DNA of 64,000 bases, taken from the NCBI RefSeq assembly GCF_963921235.1, contig NC_086108.1, forward strand, positions 67,520,001-67,584,000, given 5' to 3'. Under the pieces are notes generated by a model. The model was not told where the DNA came from. It saw only the letters and a program-made list of their open reading frames with translations, and did no database searches. Origin of the DNA: Mobula hypostoma. Lineage: Eukaryota. Both the position numbers and the translations under genes were made by a program. Below, in pieces: positions 1 through 13,296 of the stretch (positions are counted from its first letter, which is position 1; each line of letters starts with the position of its first letter).

Positions 1-28
1 TGTACAATCTTTGTTTCTCTGCTTTACC

Positions 29-1335
29 AGTTGTGGTTCATCCATCGTCGTCGATGAAGACCTCAACACCATTAGTCACATTGAGACTGGATGCGGTGTG
101 TCCAAAGATGACTGGTCAGGCCAATTCAGGCACGGAATGTCCTGGCACATGTTGGGCAGACATGTGTAGGTACTGCAGTTTTTGCGCAGGTGGCTCTGGA
201 CTTGCGCAGTTTGTGCTTATGTTGTGCTTCAGCAATGCGCCTTGCTTCGAAAGCTTGACAGGCCTTGTGGATGAGGCCACGCCAGGTAGGGCCGTTTTGT
301 GCCAGCATTTCCCAAGAGGTCATGTCTATGTCAAATGACTTCAGGGAGGCCTTTAGTGGGTCTTTGTAACATTTCTTCTGTCCTCCATGCGAGCATCTCC
401 AAGCAGAGAGTTCCCCAAAAAGGAGCTGCTTGGGTAGGCACTCATCCGACATGCGGATGACATGATCTGCCCACCGGGTCTGTGCTCTCATCAGCAGTGT
501 GTATGTGGACTGATGGCAGACTTGCTCTAGAGGGGAGTTCAGTGTCTGATACTTTACTTTGCCATCTGATGCCTAATATTCTGCAAAGACAAGTCATGTG
601 GAAATGGTGAGCTGTCTTGCATGTCTTCCATACACAGTCCACATTTCACAGGCATACAGGAGGGTAGTGAGTACCACAGCTCTGTAGACCTTCAGTTTTG
701 TTGCTGCACTGATTCCACAGCCTTCCCATACAGTGGAGCGCAGTCTACCGAAAGCAGAACTTGCCTTTGCTATTCTGCAGTTAATTTCTGTATCAATAGT
801 CACTGCTCAGGAGAGGGTGCTGCCAAGGTAAGTAAACTGGTCCACTGCCTGTAGTTTCTGTCCTTTGATTGTTATTTTGAGTTCTGTGTATGGTGCATGA
901 GGAGCAGGCTGGTGCATGACTTTGGTCTTTTTGATGTTGATGGTGAGTCCAAAGTTGTCACAAGCCGTGGAGAATTTGTCCATATTGACTTGCATCCCTG
1001 GCTCCGAGCCAGCATACAGGGCACAGTCATTGGCAAAGAGTAAGTCTCTCAGAACAGTCTCCTTCACTTTGGTAATAGCTTGAAGTCTCCTCAGGTTGAA
1101 GAGCTTCCTATCCACTCTGTTCTTGAGGCTGATTCCAGCATCACTGTCCTGGAAGGCATTATTCAGCATGGCAGTAAACATCATGCTGAACAGTGTGGGT
1201 GTGAGCACACAGCCCTGTTTGACACTATTGGTGACTGGGAATGCCTCAGAGGATTCTCCGCCATCCAGCACTCTGGCCATCATGGAACTGGCGTACCATC
1301 TAAATGAATTTGGCAGGGCAGCCGAACTTTGACAT
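29..1335 (-). mobile_element. RTE/BovB-clade LINE, 5'-truncated and frameshifted (RT C-terminal half plus 3' end)
   Basis: Minus-strand ORFs 807-1283 (VKQGCVLTPTLF...DLLFANDCAL, a degenerate FADD), 594-803 (RIAKASSAFGRL...TKLKVYRAVVLTTLLYACE) and 126-491 (RLPKQLL-like PKQLLFGEL, CPTCARTF) match RTE ORF2. The 3' end is near position 30. Confidence 0.85.
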
Positions 1336-2399
1336 GATCCTTCGGAGGTCTTGACTATTAATAAACTCCATTTTTGTTAATGCTACAAAATGTGTTTGTG
1401 TCCTGAATTTGGGTCCACCTGTGCTCCGCACTTGTGACAGAACGGTCTAGCCAAACATGGACCCAGCAGAGACAACCTCTGTTTTCTAAACTCTCGTTAG
1501 CCAGAATCCCTTACTGGAATCCCACCCAGAGCGCAACTTATAGAATTCAAGAAAGTGACTCAAAGTTCCCAGGTATCAGTTTAGGAAAAATTGTGTAATT
1601 ACAGCAACAGTCACAAAAGGTCAATGTGCTGTTAGCCCGTTTTCCCCACTGGCCAAAACCCCCTCCACCCACCCGGGTCATCGATAATGCGGGCAAATCC
1701 GTTAGTTCGCCTGGAGGCTCCCATTGAGGGCAGGGTTACTGTCACAGTCCCGATCGGTTATTCCCTGGTTCCCTTTAAGTTACCCTTGTGTCACAATCAT
1801 GACAATTGACTCCTTTTTTCCTTTATTTCATTGTTTCTCCGTATTTCTTGGGCTCTGTAATTAAAGGCACTTGATTCTCAGCTGAACGGTCAATGTATAG
1901 TGTCAGGCTTACAACTGCTTGGCGCTAGACCATCACCTCACGTCACCAAAGCAAGTGCGAGCAAGTCACCTTGCCGGAGTGAGACAAGTTACATCACCGG
2001 AGCAAATCTAGTCTCCTCTCCAAAGCGAGGGCCAGTAAGTCGCCTCTCCTCGCCGGAGCGAGCCCGTCAAGTTACCGCGCCTGAGCGACCCTGCTACGCT
2101 AACTCACCGGTGCGGGTCTGTCAAGTTAACCTGTCGGAGTGAGTCAAGAGCCGCTGCCGGTAGTTCTGGGGCCAAGTCGAGAGCTCGCCGCTACTTGGAG
2201 CCACTTCACGCCAAGATAAAGAACTGTCTATCGTTGTGTGGTTTTGTCTCTTGGTATGCTCACCTCCGCTGGGCAGGTCTGGGCGTTTGCCACTACCATG
2301 AGTTGGAAACTGTCTCTTTGTGTCCTCGCCTCTGCTGGGTAGGTCTGGCTGTTTGCCGCTGCCCTGAGTGGAGAACTGTCTCTTCCTGGTCTGTGTTCT

Positions 2400-2862
2400 T
2401 TGTCTCTGTATCCAAGGAAGAGCCCCTGCTCTGTGTCCTACGTCCAAGAAGAGTCCCAGCTCTGTGTTCTGTGTCCAAGAAGAGTCCCGGCTCTGTGTCC
2501 TGTATCCAAGGAAGAGTCCTGGCTCTGTGTTCCGATGTCTCAATTTCCAAGTCCAGGCTCTGATGTTCCGAGTTCCAAGTCCAGGCTCCGATGTTCCGAG
2601 TTCCAAGTCCAGGCTCCAGTGTTCCGAGTTCCAAGTCCCAGTTCAAGTTCAAGTCCGGGTCCCGAGTTCCCAGGCCAAGCCCAAGTCCAAGTCCGGGTCC
2701 TGAGTTCCGAGTTCCCAGGCCAAGCCCAAGTCCAAGTCCGGGTCCCGAGTTCCCAGGCCAAGCCCAAGTCCAACTCCGGGTCCCGAATTCCCAGTCCAAG
2801 CCCAAGTCCAAGTCCAGGTCCCGAGTCCCAGGCCAAGCCCAGTCTCTAAGTCCAGGGTCCGA
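2400..2862. repeat. Degenerate minisatellite (CCAAGT/CCGAGT-based units) inside the LTR
   Basis: Repeated TCCAAGTCCAGGCTCCGATGTTCCGAGT and CCCAGGCCAAGCCCAAGTCCAAGTCCGGGTCCCGAGTT units; these explain the many overlapping low-complexity ORFs. Confidence 0.9.
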
Positions 2863-3974
2863 TGCCAACTCCAGCCATGCATATTCCCGCTTCCGCTTCA
2901 TTTACTCCTTGATGTCTCTCTGTACAATCCTTGCTTCCCTCTTTCCTAGTAACCATTAATATTTTGTTAACGCTACAAAAAGTGTTGGTGTCCTGCATTT
3001 GGGTCCACCCGTGCTCCGTACTTGTGACAACTTCAGGCTACCAAACAGACACTTGAGCACCGTCACAACAAGAGATTAACTAAGTACGCTGAGGAAATGA
3101 TTCAAGTGTTCTCAGAGCTTCCTTGGAAATATGCACTGTGAAACTCTGGCCCATGACCACTCAAAATAGAGGAGTATTCAGGATGGCATTGAGTCCACAT
3201 GACAAGAATATACACAGAGTGTATCACTTCCCGAACTACCCATCAACCCTTCCTGTCGAGCATCTCTTGAGTCCCTGCTTTTGTATTCTATGCCTTGCTG
3301 ATAAAGCAAATATTCCTTCATTGCTTCTTAATTACCTTAGCCACATGTACTCCAAACTAATCCTGCTCCTTTACACTATTTACTTCCCTGGCTTGGTTGC
3401 GCTCTTCCCAACAATTAATAAACTGATTAATTACAAAAGACCAAATCATTCCAAGGGAGGTACTGACATTGGTTAAAACAGTAGCAGTTTAGTCAAGTCT
3501 CTCAGAGTTGCTTTGCAGACAGCTCCAGCTCCCAGCTGGCATGAGGGTCCCAAAGTCTGAGATGCATTTCATCTCTGTACCACCCACTCACTGCCTGAGC
3601 TTTTAACAACACCCAAGTGACTGCTCACCTCTTGGGTGCCATTTTGCATGAGGCAACCAGCAGTCCTTCTCTATCTTTCCAAAACCCTTTATGTGTCTGC
3701 GTGAGACCCAATGCCGCCTGCAAGCACTTATATTTATGCTCGTTCACAGTGCCCATTATCTTGCTTTCCTTGTTGACATGCAGTCCTGCCTGGTTGGATT
3801 TTCATCACCTTGAAACATATTGCTAATCAGGATACTGGAAAGTCAATGGAAATAAGCTCATTTGAGGGGTCTTTCCTTCCCCCTAAACCCACAATCAATT
3901 CAGATGACTTTAGCAATATGCCGGGTCTTCAGGTGTTGATAATGTGGGGGTTAGGTTCCTAAATCAATCATGAT

Positions 3975-4378
3975 TAGGACTTTATTCCCTAGAGTGTAGG
4001 AGAATGGGGAGACAGTTGATAAAGGTACACAAAATTATGAAGGGTACAGATAGGGTAAATGTAAGCAGGCATTTTTCACTGTGGTTGGATAAGACTAGAA
4101 CTAAAGGTAAAGGTGAAAGGTGAATGTTTAAGGGGAACATGAGTAAGAGCTTCTTCACTCAGAGCGAGGTGAGGGTGTGGAATGAGCTGCCAGTGGAAGT
4201 AGAGGATGCAGGTTTGACTTCAACGTTTAAGAGAAATTTCAAAAGGTACATGGTTGGTATGGGTATGGAGGGTTATGGTCCAGGTGCAAATTATGGGACT
4301 GGCAGAACAATAGTTAGGCATGGACTAGATAGTCCATAGAGCCTGTTTCTCTGCTGTAGAGTTCTATGACTTTATGAC
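3975..4378 (+). mobile_element. CR1-type LINE 3' fragment
   Basis: FFTQSEVRVWNELP motif (CR1 ORF2 C-terminus) and a CTATGAC-like tail. Confidence 0.75.
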
Positions 4379-4740
4379 CCAGGCGCTGTGACTTCCCCAT
4401 TAGGTTCTTCCCCCGCCCCCCACCACCAACAGTATCTAAAGTGGTATACTTATTATTGAGGGGAATGGTCATTAGGGTGCTCTGCACAAACTGTCTATTC
4501 TTTTTCTGTCTCCTGACAGTCACCCAGGTATCTGCCTTCTACAACTCAGGTGTTACTATCTCCCTGTAGCTCCTATCTATCACCTTTCATTCTCACACAT
4601 GAGCCCAAGGTCATCCAGCTGCAGCTCCAGTTCCTTAACACAGTCTCTAAGGAACTGCACTTTATACAGATGCGGTTATCAGGGAGACTGGAGGTCTTTC
4701 AAAGTTCCCACATCTTATACGAAGAACATATCTGGACCCA
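4379..4740 (-). mobile_element. CR1-type LINE ORF1 fragment
   Basis: Minus-strand IPLNNKYTTLDTV motif typical of CR1 ORF1, degenerate. Confidence 0.55.
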
Positions 4741-6811
4741 TTCTCACGACACAACTATGTACTAATAGACAAAGAAAGAAAATAAAACTTTATTCAGAGC
4801 CTATGCCTGTTCTCGCTGAAGTTCCTTGAGCCAAAGCTGGACCACTCTAACACTGTCCACTCCAACAATAGCCACTCTGTTAATACCTTGCTTCTTTTTA
4901 TCTGCCATACTGAATGCCTAAGAAATCATTATGATTGCAGCCTGTCAAACATTCTGAAAGGCCCCGAGCTCTTTTTAAGCTTCATATTGCCTGCCAAACT
5001 GCTTGTGACTTGCCTACTGAAAAAAATCTAATGTATTTCTTTCCAATAAATGGTAGCAGTATATTACCAGTGGTCCTCACAGAAACAGCTTCTATTCTGT
5101 ATATCGTTCAATGTAGTAAAATATTCTGTGCTCTAAAGACTAATCAGCATCTCGAAAGGTAAAATACGATACAACAATTAGTCGGTAATGCTAGCTAGTG
5201 GGGTGGGAGAAGAACACAGTGCAAGAATGGCAGACCATCCCATCTGGGCAACAAATTCACTCGCCAGATGGAGATTAGAGCATATTATTTTCCTAGCCTC
5301 AGCTGTGGTCTTAGAGTCGACTCTGCAGTGACAACATTAGTGCTGACCTGGTGCTTTAGATATCAAGTGGTTGTGGGCAAGATTCTTCCAGTTTTCAGTG
5401 GGAATACAGGATTTCTTGAGAAGTGGCTTGAAGGTTTTGCTGAATTGGAATTCTGGCTTTCCACGACTCAAGGCCCAATAAAGACCTTGGTTTTACACCT
5501 TAGTTTTCGGCTTCTGCTGATGTGTCCTCATACTCATATTGTTGTTACTCCAGTTCCAGATGCTTAATGCAATATTGTTTCCATGTCCATCCCAGTAGGT
5601 AATTTCTCCATCATCCACCCCACTGCTTTCTGTTTGGGAGACAGTAACTAGAGGGGTGCTGCAAGGATCAGTTGGAGCCAGTCTTTCACAATTTCTGGCA
5701 ATAAGGAGGCATGATATGCCATGCCTGATTGCGAGATTTTGAGGAGAATCTAGGGAAGCCTCAGCTGAATAAAGATAGGCTAAGTGAATGGGCAAGGCTG
5801 TGCCTGTGGACTACAATACAGAGAAGTGAGAGGTCGTCCATTTTGTCAGAAAAATAGTAGAACATATTTTTAATATGGCAAGGTGTTGAAACGTAGTGAA
5901 ATTCAGACAACCTAAGTGTCCTTTTATATCATTCACTGAAAGAATATAATACAGGTACAACAAGCAATTAGGAAAGTAATTGGTGTGTTGGACTTTATTA
6001 CAAAAATATTTGTACACCATAGTAGAGATGTCTTACTGTAATTATATAGGGGCTAGCTGAAACTACTTATCAATGTTATCTCCCTAAGAATGGATATAGA
6101 GGGAGTGCAGCATGGAGGGGTTGCCCAGGTGGCCAGTTGTCCAATGAATGAAAGTAGTCAGACTGGGTTTAAAAGAATAAGATGTGATCTCATTATTTCA
6201 TTGACACATACAAAATTCTCGGGTCGCTATCACAGCCATTCAAGACTAAGCTTAGAAAGAGATGTTTCATCCAGAAGATGATGAATCTTTGGAATTCTCA
6301 TAGCTTAGTAAATTGTGAAGGATAGCTCACTGAATATATCCCAGACTGAGATTGAGAGAATTTTTCTCTGTACGAGGGAATCAAGCAGGTACCACCGGAT
6401 GAGTTGCCTATTCCTGCTTCTGCTTTTCTCTTTCTGAATTTGGTCACTGACCTTATGTTCCTCCCTATGACCGCTTTCCTCTCCAAAAATTCTTGAATCA
6501 CTTTCCCAGCTCCTGAGTTCTTTTTCTGTATGACTGTCATCGACATCTTTGATCATTTTCTTTCCCTTGATGTTCCAGTTCCCTTCAATTTCTCTCCCTC
6601 TTCACTCAAACCCTCATGTTCACCAAACACTCCTCTCTCTTTTCCCTCCAGGCTGTATAGACAAAAAATACTTCAAAATTTTGACTGTTTGTGGTACCTG
6701 CAGGCTATAAAAGATGGTTAATATGTGGTGTATTCTGCATCTTTAATTGAAACCAATGATGTCAGCACACCCATTTACTTTATGGGTGTTTGCAAGAGTT
6801 CCTGCTCAGGA

Positions 6812-8085
6812 TACGAGCGAAGGCCAACGGCAGATCCGGCAAGTTCAGTAACTGAACTTATGACGGAGAAGGCAGATGAGCTACAACCTCAAATGACAAT
6901 GGCTACAGTATAGGCAGATGAGCATTTGGGAAGAGAAATGGCGATTTCTTCAGTTCGCCCAACGGAAGGCAATAGCAAACCACCATCGTTAGATACTAGG
7001 TTTCGTAGAATCTATTTGCTAAGAAAACCATGGTCAAACTCACAAAATGTATCGCACAACAACAGCGTCAAGAGGATCTTCAAGACAATTCTAAAGATGC
7101 TTCACTCGGTAGGGTTGATTCTGGGCAGCAGGGGATCCCCAACCATCATCAAGCTACTGCTCATAAAATTCAAGTAACACAAAAGAAAATTATTGCCACT
7201 TGGAATGTAAGAACCCTATATCAAGCAGGAATATTGGACAATGTAATAAATGAAATGGAAAGACTAAAAATTGACATCATGGGAATTAGTGAAGTTCGTT
7301 GGGCAGGTACTGGAACATGACAGAATAGAAATAAAATACTAATTTATTCTTATGGCACATCCCATACTAATGGAGTAGGAATTCTTATGGATGAAAACAT
7401 GGCAAAAAGTGTTTTAGTACATTGGGCAATATCAGAAAGAGTGCTCCTTGTTGGATTCAGAGGACAACCATTTCAGTTAGCAATTATACAGGTATATGCA
7501 CCAACAACAGATGGAACAAATGAGGATAGAGATAAATTCTATGAAGAGCTTGAACAAGCAAAGAATGGATGCAAATCTCAAGATATTGTTATTGTCATAG
7601 GATATCTAAATGCTAAAGTAGGACAAGGTGCTGATGGAAATACCATAGGAAAATTTGGACTAGGGGAAAGAAATGAAAGAGGCGAGAAATGGGTAGAATG
7701 GTGCAAGATGAGTAATCAGGTCATTATGAATACCTACGTTAAAAACCATCCAAGACGCCTGTAGATCTGGAAAGGTCCAGGTGATAGCACCAGAAATCAA
7801 ATTGACTTTATTACTATAAACCAAAGATTTAGAAACTTAGTGACTCAATGCAAAACATATCCAGGTGCAGACTGTAATAGTGACCATAACCCAGTAGTAT
7901 GTCATGTAAAAGTAAAACTTAAAAAACTAAAGAAGCAAAAACCTGAACAATCCCTTGACTAATCACAATTAATTAAAGAAGAAAACTTAAGACAAAAATT
8001 TACAATTGAAGTCAGGAATAAATTTCAAAGTCTAGAAATAGAATCTGTTGAAGATCATAGCAATCATGTAGAAATGAAGTTTAAT
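6812..8085 (+). mobile_element. RTE/BovB-clade LINE 5' portion (5'UTR plus AP endonuclease), with stops
   Basis: IATWNVRTL...IMGISEVRW, IIQVYAPT...FYEEL, LNAKVG, RNQIDFI and SDH motifs. The 5'UTR has a BovB-like GAAGGCAATAGCAAACCAC motif and a perfect palindrome AAGTTCAGT-A-ACTGAACTT at 6841-6859. Confidence 0.85.
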
Positions 8086-8089
8086 AAAT

Positions 8090-9450
8090 AAGTAAATCAA
8101 TTACAGTATATGTATATTCAATAGATTAAAAACATGCAAAAAACAGAAATACTGTATATTAAAAATAGTGAGGTAGTGCCCAAGGGTTCAATGTCCATTT
8201 AGGAATCAGATGGCACAGGGGAAGAAGCTGTTCCTGAATCGCTGAGTGTGTGCCTTCAGGCTTCTGTACCTCCTGATGGTAACAGTGAGAAAACAGCATG
8301 CCCTGGGTGCTGGAGGCCCTTAATAAGGGACGCTGCCTTTCAGAGACACCGCTCCCTGAAGATGTCCTGGATACTTTGTAGGCTAATACCCAAGATGGAG
8401 CTGACGAGATTTACAACCCTCTGCAGCTTCTTTTGGTCCTGTGCAGTAGCCCCTCCATACCAGACGGTGATGCAGCCTGTCAGAATGCTCTCCATGGTAC
8501 AGCTATAGAAGTTTTTGAGTGTATTTGTTGACATGCCAAACTCCTAATGAAGTAGAGCCGCTATCTTGCCTTCTTTATAACGACATCGATATGTTGGGAG
8601 AGATACCCAGGAACTTGAAACTGCTCACTTTCTCCACTTCTGATCCCTCTATGACGATTGGTACGTGTTCCTTTGTCTTATCCTTCCTGAAGGCCACAAT
8701 CAGCTCTTTTGTCTTTCTGACGTTGAGTGCCAGGTTGTTGCTGCGGCATCACTCCACTAGTTAGCATATCTCACTCCTGTACACCCTCTCGTCACTACCT
8801 GAGATTCTACCAACAATGGCTGTATCGTCAGCAAATTTATAGATGGTATTTGAGCTATGCCTAGCCACACAGTCATGTGTCATGTGTATATAGAGAGTAG
8901 AGCAGTGGGCTAAGCACACACCCCTGAAGTGTGTCAGTGTTGATCATCAGCGAGGAGAATATGTTATCACCAATCCACACTGACTGTGGTCTTCTGGTTA
9001 GGAAGCTGAGGATCCAACTGCAGAGGGAGGTACAGAGGCCCAGGTTATGCAACTTCTAGTCCATGCAGGTTCGGCACGGACTAGAAGGGCCAAGATGGCC
9101 TGTTTCTGTGCTGTAATTGTTATATGGTTATATGGTTCTCAATCAGGATTGTGGGAATGATGGTATTAAATACTGAGCTATAGTCGATGAACAGCATCCT
9201 GACATAGGTGCTTGTGTTATCCAGGTGGTGTAAAGTCATGTGGAAAGCCACTGAGATTGCATCTGCCGTTGACCTATTATGGCGGTAGGCAAATTACAAT
9301 GGGTCTAGGTCCTTGCTGAGGCAGCAGTTCAGTCCAGTCATGACCAACCACTCAAAGCATTTCATCACTGTAGACGTGGGTGCTACTGGGCAATAGTCAT
9401 TAAGGCAGCTCACATTATTCTTCTTAGGCACTGGTATAATCGTTGCCTCT
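8090..9450 (-). mobile_element. Rex1/Babar-like LINE, 5'-truncated RT fragment (a short CR1 tail is inserted at ~9058-9137)
   Basis: LKNFYSCTMESILTGCITVWYG...KLQRVV motif on the minus strand, similar to the element at 21610-25056. Confidence 0.75.
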
Positions 9451-9454
9451 CAAG

Positions 9455-10825
9455 TGCCAGGGTCAGCAATGTCTCAGATCTGGTTAACAGCATTCTACAG
9501 GGGAAGAGTGAACGACCAGAAGTCATGGTACATATTGTTACAATGACATAGGAAGGAAAAGGGAGGGGGTACTGAAGACAGAATGTAGGGAGTTACATAG
9601 AAAGCTGAAAAGCAGGACCTTCAGGGTAGCAATTTCTCAATTGCTGCCTGTGTCATGTGCCAGTGAGGGAAAGAATAGGATGAATTGGCAGATGAACGTG
9701 TGGCTGAGGAATTGTTGCAGGGGGGTAGGCTTTCAGATTTCTGGATCATTAGGATCTCTTCCGGTGAAGGTATGACCTGTACAAAAAGGATGGGTTACAC
9801 CTGACCCAAGTGGGACCAGTATCTTTGCTGGTAGGTTTGCTAGAGTTATTGGGGAGGGTTTAAATTAATTTATCAGGGGGAAGAGAAACAGAGTGATAGG
9901 GCCGAGGATGGGGCAATTGGTATACAAGTAGATACAGTGTGTAGTGAGACTATGAGGATAGAGAAGAAGATGATAGGGCCAAATTGCAGACAGTGGGATG
10001 AGTTGAAAGGTAACATCAGGGTAAAATTGAAAATGGTGATGAATACAAGACTGAAGGTGTTATAGTTTAATAGAAGCAGGATACAGAATAAGGTAGATGA
10101 TCTTGTAGCACAGTTACAATCCGCAGGTGTGATGTGTGACGAGGGAGTGCTTGTGAAGGATTCCCTAAAGGGTAGCTTGGAGGTTGGGTTGGTAATAAGG
10201 AACGCAAATGAAACATCAGCATTCATTTTGAGAGGAATAAAATATCAAAGCACAGATGTAATGCTGAGGCTTTATAAGGAAGTGGTCAGACCACGCTAGG
10301 AGTGTCATAAGCAGTTTTTGTGCTCCTTATCTAAGAAAGGATGTACTGGCATTGGATATGGTCCAGTGGAGGTTCACGAGAATGATACTGGGAATAAAAG
10401 GGTTAATGTACAAGGAGTGCTTGATAGCTCTGGGCATTTACTCACTGGACATTAGACGGGGATCTCATTGAAATCTATTGAATACTGAAAGGCCTAGATA
10501 GAATGGATGTGAAGAGAATGTTTTGGACCGGAGGCACAGTCTCACAATACAGGAACATTCATTTAGAACAGAGATGAGAAGGAATTTCTTTAGCTTGAGG
10601 TAGAAAATCTGTGGAATTCATTGCCACAGACATCTGTGTAGGCCAGGTCATAGGACATATATAAAGCAGAAGTTGATAGGTTGTTGATTAGTCAGGGCAT
10701 GAAAAGTTACAAGGAGAAAACTAGAGAATGGGGTTGAGAGAGATAATAAATCAGCCACAATGAAATAGCCGAGTTGACTTTATGGGCCAAATGGCCTAAT
10801 TCTGCACTTCTGTCTTATGGTTTTT
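9455..10825 (+). mobile_element. CR1-type LINE, internally deleted (ORF1 remnant joined to the ORF2 3' end)
   Basis: An ORF1-like region ending GGGGAGGGTTTAAA is followed by the RLYK.VVRP region and a TCTTATGG tail. Confidence 0.7.
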
Positions 10826-12029
10826 GATGGTTCAAGGAAATCAGAGTAAGGAAAAAATTACAATTATCACACTAAAGCATAGAAACATTTACTGTTAGCA
10901 AAGGCCAGATACCTTTACATATGGGACAAAGAGGATTACCTATGAGAGATCCATTTAAACAATGAACTGAGCAAAAGAGGTTTTCTTCTGCAAAACTAAC
11001 AGAACCATGCAAGTGGTATGTTTGCATCTGGCCACCAGCAACCAATTTTGTCATTTATGCACAGATTCCTTTGTTAATGCACCAACACTTTATTGTAAGA
11101 TGAGAACAGGTTCGTGAACTGCACTCTGATAATTGTCACACTTTGTTGGAGCTGAGCGTGAGTTGCAAGAAATCATTGAGAATTAGAATCATTCACCACT
11201 AGGTGATGTCCTTCAAAACGAATTAAGTGGATTTTTAAACCCCACCCCCCGGCTGGTTCACATCATGGAGGAACAAGGGAGAGTTTGATCAGGTCTGTGC
11301 AAAAGGTCCTTCAACAATTAAGATACAGAATCTTGACAAGTAGGGTCTTATGGAATCTTAAGACATTGCACAGTGATAAGGATCAGTCCATAGGGTCCAA
11401 AGCTTGACAGATTAGTTAGAGACTTACCCAGTAGCGGCCCTGGTCCACAGTTATGTCGAAAAGATCTCGTTATTCTGGAACTTCCCAGTAATATTCACTC
11501 CTGGGACAACTTAGTCCAAATTTCCTCATACTGAGTGGATTTATACGAAAAGGCCAAGAAATTGCCATGATCATATTCTACCTTTCAATCACCCAACACT
11601 GAAAGAAAACATAAACAGAATTAAATTTATTATCACTGAGCTATGCTGTGAATTTTATTGTTTTGTGGCAGCAGTACGTGCATGGCATAAAAATAGCTAA
11701 ATGAAACAAAACAAACAAATAAATAAATAAATAAATAGTGCAAAAGAGGAATAGCGAGGTAGTGTTCATGAATTCATGGACCACTCAGAAATCTGACGAC
11801 AGGGAGGAAGAAGCTACCCCTGGAACACTGAATGTGAGATTCGGACTCCTGCATCTCATTCCTGCTGGCAGCAATGAAAAGAGGGCATGGCCCAGATAGT
11901 GAGGGTCCTCAATGATGGATGCTACCCTCTTGAGACACTATATTTTGAGGACGTTCTTGATGGTGGGGAAGGTTGTGCCCATGAGAAGGCTGGATGAGTC
12001 TACAACACTCTGCAGCCTCTTTCCAAAAG

Positions 12030-12965
12030 ACATATTGTAGGAGCAGAATTAGGCCATTCAGCCCATCAAGCCTGCTCTGCAATTACATCACTGATGATTT
12101 ATTATCCCTCTCAAACCCATTCTCCTGCCTTCTCCCCATAATCTTTGATACCCTTACTAATCAAGAACCTATCAACCTCTGCTTTAATTATACCCAATGA
12201 CTTGCACTCCAGAGCTGTCTGTATCAATTAATTCCACAGATTCACTACTGTCTAGCTAAAGAAATTCCTCCTAATTTCTGTTCTAAAGGGACATCCTTCT
12301 ATTCTGAGGCTGTCCCTCTAGTTCCAGACTCCCTCAGGATAGAAAACATCCTCTGCATGTCTTCCCTATCAAAGCCTTTCAATACATCATTGGTTTCAAT
12401 GTAATCGCCCCCATTCTTCTAAACTCCAGTGTGTACAGGCCCAGAGCCATTAAATGTTCCTCATACATTAACCTTTACATTCCCAGATCATTGTCGTAAA
12501 CCTTCTCAGGACCCTCTCCAATGCTAACAGATACTTTCTTGGAAAAGGGGTCCAAAAATGCTCACAGTACAGTCTGACCAATGGCTTATAAAGTCTCAGC
12601 ACTGCATCCTTGCTTTTATATTTTTATCCTCTCCAAATTAATGTTAGCATCGCATTTACCTTCCTTACCACTGACTCAACCCACAAGTTAACCTTTAGGG
12701 AATCCTGCATGAGGACTCCCAAGTTCCTCTGCACCTCTGAAATTCAGAATTCAGTAAATAGACTATGCCTTTATTCCTTCTACCAAAGTACATGACCATA
12801 CCCTTCCCTACATTATATTCCAACTGCCATTTCTTTGCCCATTCTCCTAATCTGTCCAAGTCCTTCTGCAGTCCAAACTGTTCCTCAACACTACCTGCAC
12901 CTTCACCTATCTTCGTACTGTATGCAAACTTGGCCACAAAACCATCATTTCCACCATCTAAATCA
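12030..12965 (-). mobile_element. CR1-type LINE 3' fragment
   Basis: FVAKFAYSTKIG...LQKDLDRLGEWAKKWQLEYNVGK within ORF 12695-13363. Confidence 0.85.
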
Positions 12966-13096
12966 ACGTTCAAAATAAATTTATCATCAATGTGCGTATG
13001 TGCTTCCATGTACAACCCTGAGATTTGTTTCCTTGTGGGCATCTTTAATAAATCCAGTACCATAATAAAATGAAAGAAAGATCTCACCCAATAGCG

Positions 13097-13296
13097 CAAA
13101 CACGAGGAAACCTGCAGAGGCTGGAATTTCAAGCAACACACATAAAAATGCTGGTGAACGCAGCAGGCCAGGCAACATCTATAGGAAGAGGTACAGTCAA
13201 CGTTTTGGGCCAAGATTAGTCCTGACGAAGAGTCTCGGCCCGAAACGTCGACTGTACCTCTTCCTATAGATGTTGCCTGGCCTGTTGCATTCACCC
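13097..13296. mobile_element. Penelope-derived repeat in an inverted (fold-back) arrangement with a hammerhead-like core
   Basis: Arms ~13152-13215 and ~13232-13295 are near-perfect reverse complements. The core AGTC-CTGACGA-AGAGTCTCGGCCC-GAAACGTC-GACT lies at 13218-13253. Confidence 0.7.

Larger units (their letters stand above)
1..3029 (+). mobile_element. Internally deleted Gypsy-like LTR element; the 5' LTR runs off the window start and is interrupted by the RTE
   Basis: The 3' LTR spans 1740-3029 with TGTCAC...GTGACA termini and is preceded by purine-rich GAGGGCAGGG. Its 3' end (2921-3029) is repeated at 1-30 plus ~1350-1439. The internal part starts GAACGGTCTAGCCAAAC-ATGGACCCAGCAGAG (MDPAE gag-like start, ATG at 1457) and is only ~300 bp. 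Confidence 0.75.

Noticed and set aside
2121..2959. Many overlapping 100-200 aa ORFs on both strands; the array superficially resembles CRISPR
   Set aside because: They come from a hexamer-based minisatellite inside an LTR. There are no unique spacers or cas genes, and the context is eukaryotic.
5240..6400. Short ORFs as possible exons of an upstream gene
   Set aside because: They resemble heavily decayed RTE and CR1 remnants, with no recognisable host protein or consistent splice structure.
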